This document shows, one piece after another, positions 55,590 through 64,000 of a DNA stretch of 64,000 nt. The DNA lies in the NCBI GenBank assembly GCA_964016885.1, contig OZ024747.1, positions 39,184,001 through 39,248,000 of the forward strand. The letters are read 5' to 3'. The DNA is from Eledone cirrhosa (taxonomy: Eukaryota). How positions within the stretch are numbered: position 1 is the stretch's first letter; the number at the start of each line of letters is the position of its first letter. A program made the translations under genes and the position numbers. Below the pieces are notes generated by a model. It did not search any database, was not told the origin of the DNA, and saw nothing but the letters and a program-made list of their open reading frames with translations.

Positions 55590-57860
55590 TATGGAAATGG
55601 ATTACTCCATTAAAGCATTCCGACACTTTCTAATGCATCTTACACCCAATGTTAATTGATAAAGTTGAAAGTATTATACAAAGAATGTGATGCAAAACTA
55701 TCATATTTGACGGACAATTCAGTAAAAAATCAACGGATTACTTTGACATTAAGTTATCAGATAACCACCCAGAATTAAAGTTATGGCCCTCTTCGAATTT
55801 GACTTAGTTACTATGATCAACCAACTAAAACTTCGTAAGTACAATAATAATTCTCGAAATAAACATTCTAATGATATTCCTAATATTAAATCCTCTAATA
55901 ATACGTTTGCATTTACCGTTAAAAATAAAACTTTATATGAAGTTAATTACCAATTATATAACCAACTTTTAGCAGCTAGTATTTCTCCAAAATATCAAAT
56001 ACCCAAAATAACACCTATAATAATATAAATAATTGTTTCTACTTTAGTCACAAAGCCAGCAATTACCAGTGCATTACTGGTACTTTATTTTACCGACCCC
56101 GTAAGGATGAAAGGCAAAGTCAACCTCGACGGGATTTGAACTCAGATCGTAAAGGGACGTAATTATGCTGCAAAGCATGGCGTCCGACTCTCTACCGATA
56201 CTGCCAATCCACCGCCCTATAATAATATAAATATAATAATATAAATAAGGAAGCTAAAGATTTAGCAAGAAAATTAAGAATAGATAATAGAACTGAAAGC
56301 CTAGCAAAACGTAATGTTTATATTACAATTAAAGACCATAAAATAGATTTCAATACCCAACATAGTTGTAGACTTCTCGAACCTGCTAAAAGAGAAATTG
56401 GTTTTGCTATAAAAAAAAATCTTAAGAAACATAATTAAACACATAAGAAGTAAAACAGAATTATTTCAATGGTCAATTACTTCCTCAGTTATATCTTGGT
56501 TTAATAAGTCTAGATTTACCCAATTGGATATAGTAGATTTTTACCCTTCTATTACTCACTCCTTATTAGCCAAATCATGAGATTTTGCTAGATAATCTAC
56601 TGATATACCAGAACTGGAGGAAGATGTAATTTTGCATGTCAGAAAAACATTACTTTTTGCCGAAGCCGAAACCTGGGTAAACAAAATCAAGCCCAGAAAA
56701 TACTTTTGATGTGTCAATGGGTTCTTTTGATAGTGCCGATGTGTGTGATTTAGTTGGCTGATACCTCCTCCACAGACTTAAAGAGAAATTTTCCCATCAC
56801 ACTATCGGATTATATCGAGATGGTGGACTAGCAGGCTCTCATACCACCAATGGCCATGATCTTGACAAATTTCGTAAAGATTTGATAAAAACCTTCTATA
56901 AACTAAATCTTAAAATCACAATAGATACAAATCTAACTCCCTTGTTATTAATCTTGATTACTTACCGTTTCCTTTAACTCATATCATAAATCTAATGAAA
57001 ATTTAAAATATATAAATAAAGGGGCATGCCATCCCCCTTAGTAATTAAACACCTTATCCCGAATATTAGTCGTAGGAGATCAACCCTCTCTTCCCCTGGA
57101 CAATATTTAGTAAAGCACCTCCTTATTATAATAAGGCCCTTAAAAATAGTGTTTTTAACGAATTATTTGAAAGTATACCTAATTCTACTAATACTATTAA
57201 ACATAATAATAGAAAAATTAAAATAATTTGGTTTACACCATCGTTTTCATTAGTTCTAAAAACAAACTGATGAGGCAGAAAGTTTCTTGATCCCTTAGAT
57301 AAGCATTTCCTCCTCCAAAAAGGACATAGTAAAATATTTAACAGAAATTGAATTAAGATTAACTATTCGTGCAGTCCTTCAATGAAATCCAAGATTACCA
57401 ATGGGAAAATACCCATAGATATCCAGGATGTTAATGCAGAAATGAAGGAGAATATCCTCTACAGGGCAAATACAACATAGAACCTATTGTAAATGAGGCT
57501 AAAGTGACACCCGTAAATACAAACCAACTAGCTACCAGTGCGCGATGTGTGGATATGACACAACATAATTTCAAACAACAATATTACGCACATGTCACTT
57601 CTCACAGACATCCTGAAACATAGAAAACCACGGCGCTGACACAGTGTGAGAGAGATGAAGAAGGTTTAAATCCACGTGTAATTAATTGGTCCATTTTAGA
57701 CCAATCAAAAGAATATGCAAAATGTACAAGAAAATGTATTTCATGCATAAGTGAGAAATATAGAATTTTACAAAACATGAAATCTCGAAATACTTGTCTT
57801 AACACTAAAATTCATATTTTCAGAGGTTGAGGGCACATAATATCATATCTGCTTTCCTGT
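55590..57860 (+). mobile_element. Near full-length decayed Penelope-like element
   Basis: Pieces read YSIKAF, LIDKVESIIQRM, YITIKDHK..CRLLEPAK.EIG, QLDIVDFYPSI, FDVSMGSFDSADVCDLVG, IIWFTP, FKQQYYAH. Confidence 0.8.
56032..56216 (-). mobile_element. Full tRNA SINE inserted in the PLE
   Basis: 17-bp TSD ctataataatataaata at 56015-56031 and 56217-56233. Confidence 0.92.
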
Positions 57861-58122
57861 TGGAATAAACATAGCATCAATTTCGACACACAACAACCCT
57901 GAACATATATTTCAATTATGAAAGAGGATTAACACTAACTAGCCTGAACGTATATACAATGTTACACCCATAACACGCCGATAAAACTCACATGTTGACT
58001 AAGATTACAGGCTTTTTGTTATAACTATAACAATCACATTTTGATTGTTCGAATTTCTTTCACTATGTGTACTCTATAAGTCGCAACGAACACTCGTTCT
58101 TTTAACGTGACACAGAGGCTAG

Positions 58123-58174
<52 letters not shown>

Positions 58175-58181
58175 TGATCCC

Positions 58182-58418
58182 CTCAGGAGACTGAGGTTAG
58201 CTGGACATGCTCACCGACATCCAGAGTTGACATTGCACTCAGTGCTCCTGTGGGAGCCTCTATATGGACACACTGGAAGCGGAAGACTAAGGTTAACGTA
58301 TGTTGATGCCCTAAGGACAGACTCTGGTCTGTTGTAGACGCAGGACACGGCAGCGATAATGAGGGACAGAGACCGCTGGAGAGAACTCGTCCATGGATCT
58401 CGGGAATTTTACCCGCCC
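58182..58418 (+). mobile_element. RTE/RTEX-type LINE 3' end in (TA)n
   Basis: [37 protein letters not shown]. Confidence 0.85.
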
Positions 58419-58530
<112 letters not shown>

Positions 58531-58560
58531 AGTATATATATATATATACGTATATGTATC

Positions 58561-58605
<45 letters not shown>

Positions 58606-58975
58606 GTGTATATATGTATATAATAATAATAATAATAAAATGTGGAGAGGAAGCACACGAGTTAGGATATATATATATGAGAACAGGGAGAAAAAGACGA
58701 TTATTAGGAAGAAAAATATTTTTTTTTCCCTTTTTATTTATTTCTCTCTTTTTTTCTGGCTTAGAAAATGATTAAGACGAAATATTTTACTTTGTGTGAA
58801 GTGTTAAGGTATTAGTTGATTTATTTATTAATTAACAATTGCATTTATTTATTTATTTATATATTTAATAAATGTCTATTACCGGTTTCAGTATTTTTAT
58901 AAAAACGGAAAGAAATATATTTTTTCTTCCTAATAATCGTCTTTTTCTCCGTTTTCATATATATATATATGTATG

Positions 58976-59096
<121 letters not shown>

Positions 59097-59099
59097 TAT

Positions 59100-61257
59100 T
59101 ACCGTATCGAGAGATAGAGAAAAAAGGGGAGGATAGGTGATACATATAGTTTTTTGCCAAGTAGCGTATGGCAAAGGTGCTCGATACTAGTGCCGGCAGT
59201 ATTAAATATTCGAAGTGTTAATATTTAGTGGGCTAGAGAATTAGCAGAGCGTAAGCACGTGGGAAAGTAAGAAATCGGAGAATAGACCGTTAAAATATGT
59301 TTCTTTAAAACAGCACCTACGTACGTTTCGCCCGGTTGGGCTTCTCAAGGGTATAAATAATCAAAAGTGTTCCTTACATTGCTCGGAAAGAGTTTTGGGG
59401 GTTAAATCTACGTCAAGGTTCATTGCTCGCAAAAATAGCTTGTTTTGATTTTGCAGCAGGTCAAGGCGGGTAACTCTGGCCGGTGTTAGGGAAGTCTTTC
59501 CCGGACAAATTTGTTATCCGCTACGAGATGAGGTTACAACCTTACCATTGTTGATACCCATGTAATCAACGCTTATTTTGAGAGTTTTTTTTGCTGCATC
59601 TGTTTGTCTGAGTCGTTTGAGGCTGGGTCTGGTATGCAAGGATTGTTTCCTGGGTGTTATTTTGCAGCGCCTGCCCGCCGGGGTGTTAAGACTTGTTGCA
59701 CTGAGATCCGGTGCACGGTTTCACTCCTCATCCTTAACCCATCTGAAGAAGAATATTTTTAAGCGATGTGTACAACTTATCGCTGTTTCAGCTCTGCTGT
59801 TGATGAGCACGTGGGGTGCAGTTATGATGTGGTAGAGCTCCATGAGGCAAAGATCGCATTTCCTCTTGAAGTTGTACGGTGCAGCCCTGCCGACAATATT
59901 CCAGTGCGTGGAGAATTCCTTTAGTGGTGTGATGTAGTCCGTGAGCAAAGTGGAGTGTCTTAGTTTTTTATTTGTGAGAAGGTGGAGATGTGTTCGAAAC
60001 CTAATTTTGAACGGGCCGGAGGTAGCGCCTATATAGTGGTTAACGGTATTGTGGCTAGTTATAGTGCATCTATATATAACCCTATCTGTCAAGCAGTATC
60101 CTATAAGGGGACAGCGTCCTCTGTCGCGGCAGTTGCAATTTCTGTCGTGGTTCCGTCTATTTCTTACGGTAAGGCTATCATTGTTGCTGCCTACGTTGTT
60201 ACCCACGCTACCGCAGCTGTTGTTAGCACCATTACAACCCACAGCACGCGGTGTGGTGCGATTGTTATTCCGCACGTCATGTCCTGCATGTTCCCCAGTC
60301 ATGTCGCGGTTATGCTGGTTACGTCTGCGGATGCCGTTGCCAACACTATTGGATGCCGCCAGGGAGTTGTTAAGGCCGATATAGTTATTGTCAGGTGTAG
60401 GTGCGTCTGAGTCGAGGTGCTATGTCTTGGTGATCTTACTGTGGTTTGTTGTTCCTATGATGTCTGATAGGTTAGGAGTAGTAGAGAAGGATATATTTAT
60501 ATTGTTCCTATTAAGAATGTTTCTATACCTATGGTTGGGCGGGAAGTTCTTCTCTAAGGCTTCGAAGAACATCCGGGGTATGTTGGAGGCCACACTCTGA
60601 GAGTAGGGGGAACCATAGGACGTTACGGTGGCGATTACGTGTCCTTGTACGTTTGCTACGGGTGGTTCCATCTAGGTGACCGCTCTTATGTGTGTTAGTG
60701 CGCAGTCGCCCGTTCAATTCCCCTTTCCCTTTATGCACGGGTGCACTCTTCCTACCTCTTCCATGTTTATGTACAGGAAGATGTTGTTTGAAAGACGTTG
60801 GTAGTAGGCCGTCGCCTTTGTTGGTTTTGTAATAGGGGAATAGTTCGAGTAATCTACAGTGGTCACCGTCGCCGGGGTCGTGATCTTTAGTGCGGTTATC
60901 TATTCTATTATATCCGACTTCAACGAGGTCGCCGCGTGATCGGTTATAGGTATGGCTTACTATAAAATTCGTTTTATGAGGGGGGGGGTCTAGAGCTAGC
61001 GTTAGGGATGTAGGAAATTCCTCGGTTAAAGGCGGCGCTTATCAAGGCCCTATTGTAGTAATCTGCCGCTTAGTTGAAGATATCCTCATTGGCGGATAGT
61101 CTCGAGATTCTATGTGAGACTTGGGAGTTGAGAGTCTGCTTAGGGTGATTGCAGGCATAATTAATATAAGTGAGGCACTCTCCAGGCTTATGGTATGGCT
61201 TGTATAAGCCCGTACTCAACTCCAGGGTCACGTCCAGGAAGTTGACAACCTTGTGGT

Positions 61258-61260
<3 letters not shown>
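59100..61260 (-). mobile_element. 5'-truncated Penelope-like element (CNC-x5-C linker) with pLTR
   Basis: VVNFLDVTL..YKPYHKP..NHP; FPPNHRYRNILNRN.INISFS; CNCRDRGRCPLIGYC..VIYRC..YIGAT..CDLCLME (59721-60302). Confidence 0.9.
59314..59353 (-). ncRNA. Variant minimal hammerhead
   Basis: tacc-CTTGAGAA-gccc aacc gggc-GAAACGTACGTA-ggtg. Palindromic stem III, ~370 nt downstream of the GIY-YIG stop. Confidence 0.65.
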
Positions 61261-61339
<79 letters not shown>

Positions 61340-61341
<2 letters not shown>

Positions 61342-61679
61342 TGACGTAAAATAAGAAAATTATAAAAATTAACTTACTTACTAAAGTTTCACTCCAACTA
61401 ATTAGTTTCTGAAAGGGAATAAACATGATTTTCAAATGAAAGCATGGAGAAGCCGTTTCGTCATCAGGAAGTCTGTTCTCAGCTAAGATACCTGGCGATG
61501 CGGGACACAGGGAACTTATACAAAAATAATTCAGTGGATGGAAAAAAGCAAGCGTGGACTAAATTCCAAGACATTGAAAAAATCACTGCCTACTTGGTCC
61601 GTGGCAAATTCAAAAGAATCAATCACGTGACATCGAGGTTAATTTTCTTTTTTTATAATTTTCTTATTTTACGTCATTA
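61340..61679. repeat. Short inverted-arm pLTR-like fragment
   Basis: aatgacgtaaaataagaaaattataaaaa is inverted at 61650-61678. Confidence 0.7.
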
Positions 61680-61714
61680 ATATAATTGTTCTGCATCCCA
61701 TTTCATTGAACCAC

Positions 61715-64000
61715 AAAGTTGATTGGTTCCATAACCGGACGGTTGTTCATATATTGTCAAAGTTCTTTCGTCACACATTATGTGATCTCTTCAGTGACTG
61801 GGAATTATTTTCTTTGTTTTTATGCCTCTCCTTTGTTCTGTCCTACGCCATCTTGTTTTTGTGTGTGTTGCGTGCTTAGTTTGCGCATGTGTTACATCCG
61901 GGTGTCTGTGTGTGTTTATATTTGGTTATTTATTTGTTTATTTACATGTTACTGGTTGGTTGTCTGTTCTATGTGTGTGTGTGTTTTCATTTTGTCCTTC
62001 ATTGTAAGTTGTGATGTTGCTATTCCATTAATGTTCACTATTTAATTTTGGTTGGAGTTCATTTATGTTTATTGCCTTTGTGATTTGTCTAAACATTGCG
62101 TCTTTTCTGTGTGTAGATTCTATTTTTATTTCTATGTTCTCTAATGTGCCCTTATGTTCTATTTTAGCTTGTTGGTGGAGTATTGATGATTCTTTTTTTA
62201 TCTTGAAGTTCTCGCCAGTGTTGATTTAACCGTTCTCCTATACTACGAGCTGTCTTACCTATGTACACTATATTCTTATCTTTACATTGTCCTTCAGTAC
62301 ATCTTATGCTATATACTACATTTCTAGTTTTACATTTAATATGGGGGCTTAGTTTACAAATTATGCATTTCTTATATATACAAGGAGGTCTTTGAAAAGG
62401 GTATGTATTGCTAATAAGTGTTTTTATGGAGGTACCTGGTCGTTCTACTATTTTAATATTAAGTTTATGTTTATCTAGGGCTCTTCTAAATTCATAAGCT
62501 AATTCACCTCTAGGGGTTGTATTGATGAACATTACACTCTGGTATCTCTTGCTATCATACCATGAGTTTATTCTATTAACCTTATTCCTAGTTATTTCTA
62601 TTTTATTCCAAAATTTGCTCCTATACAAGGGGCAGGTCCCATTTGTATCATTATTTACCATTTTTTCCCATTTGGTTCTGGCTCCTCTATTTACTCTGAT
62701 TGTATCTCTCTGATTGTAACCAGAGAACTGCATACGGTGGATGAATGGTGTATGTGTCTCTCTAGTTCTTTGGGGTTGCACATGCGGGACACGTTTCTCA
62801 TCACCCGTACCAAATCCGCAATTAGTATGTTGATTTTGGTGTGAACCGCAACAGCTGAGTTTGGGTGGATCAGATATTTGGAAGTCATGGGTTTGGCATA
62901 TTGGGAATGGAGGATTTGTTTTTTCTTATTAATGGTTTCTAACCAGAGCTCTCTGTCTAGTACAGGTAATCGATGGTTGGGTAGTCTATAGTAACTCTAA
63001 TACTCTGGTGGATGGAATTAGCTATTTGCTGGATGATTTCCATGGTGTTTTTCTCTAATTCCTGACTGTTCTCTAGTGGTTGGTGTTTTTACTATAATGT
63101 TTATATCATCAACGTAGCGGGAGTACATTATGAGGGTTAAGAGGTTGCTGTCTTCTAATTGTTCTTTAAGTTTAAGTTTAAGTTTATTGTACCACCATAC
63201 CATGAATAGGTTAGCTATGTCACCTGCAATGCTAACACCAATGGCTGCTCGCTCCTCTTGGGCATATGTTTTTCCATTAAATTTGAACATATGTTCCTTA
63301 AGGGTTAATTTTATGGTGGACCCCACCGCATGTGCAATCATTTTCTTTAGTTCATCGTGGTTTTCGGGGGTCCGTATGGCTCTAGTCCACCCGTTCCATC
63401 TTTATGTATGGGTTTTCTTGGCCATTGAGGTAATGGTAGGTGGTCTGCTTCTTGCTGGTCTTGTAGGGCACAGGTTGCTAAGGTCATATGTATCTAGATA
63501 ACCATTACTATAGGTAAGTTTAAGTTGGAGTCCCAGCTCACTGGTATCAATCCCACGGAATTCAACATTGCTCTCACTGATCTTTCTACGCATTTCACCA
63601 CAGGAATATCCACGTCAATAGATGGATATAGGAAACAACATCCATACTACCTATTATACAGTTTGTTAGGTCCCTAGATCGGTTACTTTCGCTGATTCTG
63701 CTGAGAAGGTCCTCCGTGCTGTCACATATATCTGGGGACATTTCAATGATGGGTCGCATGATCAGGGAGAGGAAGTGGGACAGTCTGTAGTTACTAGCAA
63801 CGTTAGCTCCACAGACTGGCCGTGTTGGTGGTACTGTGACAGGGTCACTGCTCGTTTTATGGTCTTTTCGAAGCCCATACAACGCTGACACGTCATTGTT
63901 CCAGTCGTGGAAGTTGTTGGCAGTCCTTTTATGAGGCTGCATTATGTTTTTCCACATCATCATATGGGCATTGAGGGTTTTCCCCTTATCCTCATGCTCT
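61715..64000 (-). mobile_element. Naiad-like Penelope element (RT plus GIY-YIG), frameshifted; runs off the window end
   Basis: LYGLRKDHK..PPTRPVCGA..IGSMDV; AIGVSIAG..YSRYVDDI; MQFSGY..LYRSKFW..VMFINTTPRGEL..CxxxxCxxC..VVYSIRC..YIGKTARS. Confidence 0.9.
61755..61799 (-). ncRNA. Minimal hammerhead motif in PLE pLTR
   Basis: gtca-CTGAAGA-ga-tcaca taatg tgtgac-GAAAGAACTT-tgac. Confidence 0.55.

Noticed and set aside
57268-57290. CTGATGA-ggca-GAAA hammerhead-like string
   Set aside because: It has no stem II and lies within a decayed PLE coding region.
61452-61470. Minus-strand CTGATGA-c-GAAAC
   Set aside because: Stem II is absent and no stem I partner was found; at best a deleted relic.
61800-62045. 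SECIS element in the Naiad-like 3' region
   Set aside because: An ATGA..AAA..GA pattern exists but the helix between them does not pair.

Overview
AT-rich, microsatellite-saturated animal DNA with no host protein-coding gene that I can support. The SINE families and repeat landscape point to a cephalopod, probably Octopus; this is inference. Most short ORFs in the supplied track are translations of (TA)n, (CA)n and (AAT)n tracts. The window is a nested mosaic of transposable elements. It has at least 8 Penelope-like element (PLE) relics with three different RT-to-GIY-YIG linker types, and a near full-length but frameshifted Tx1/L1-clade LINE (22.2-28.1 kb, minus). It also has R4/Dong-type restriction-endonuclease LINE pieces in (TAA)n, RTE-type LINE ends (one with a twin-priming inversion, one with three C2H2 fingers), two non-autonomous Helitrons with intact ends and large cargo, an 8.4-kb hAT element with TIRs and an 8-bp TSD, a 77-bp Tc1/mariner MITE and more than 12 tRNA-derived SINE copies. 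Two themes go beyond a TE list. First, about 10 complete or near-complete minimal type-I hammerhead ribozyme motifs occur, with variant cores and palindromic stem III, many in ORF-less fold-back units that resemble retrozymes. Second, about 16 long inverted repeats occur in 64 kb.
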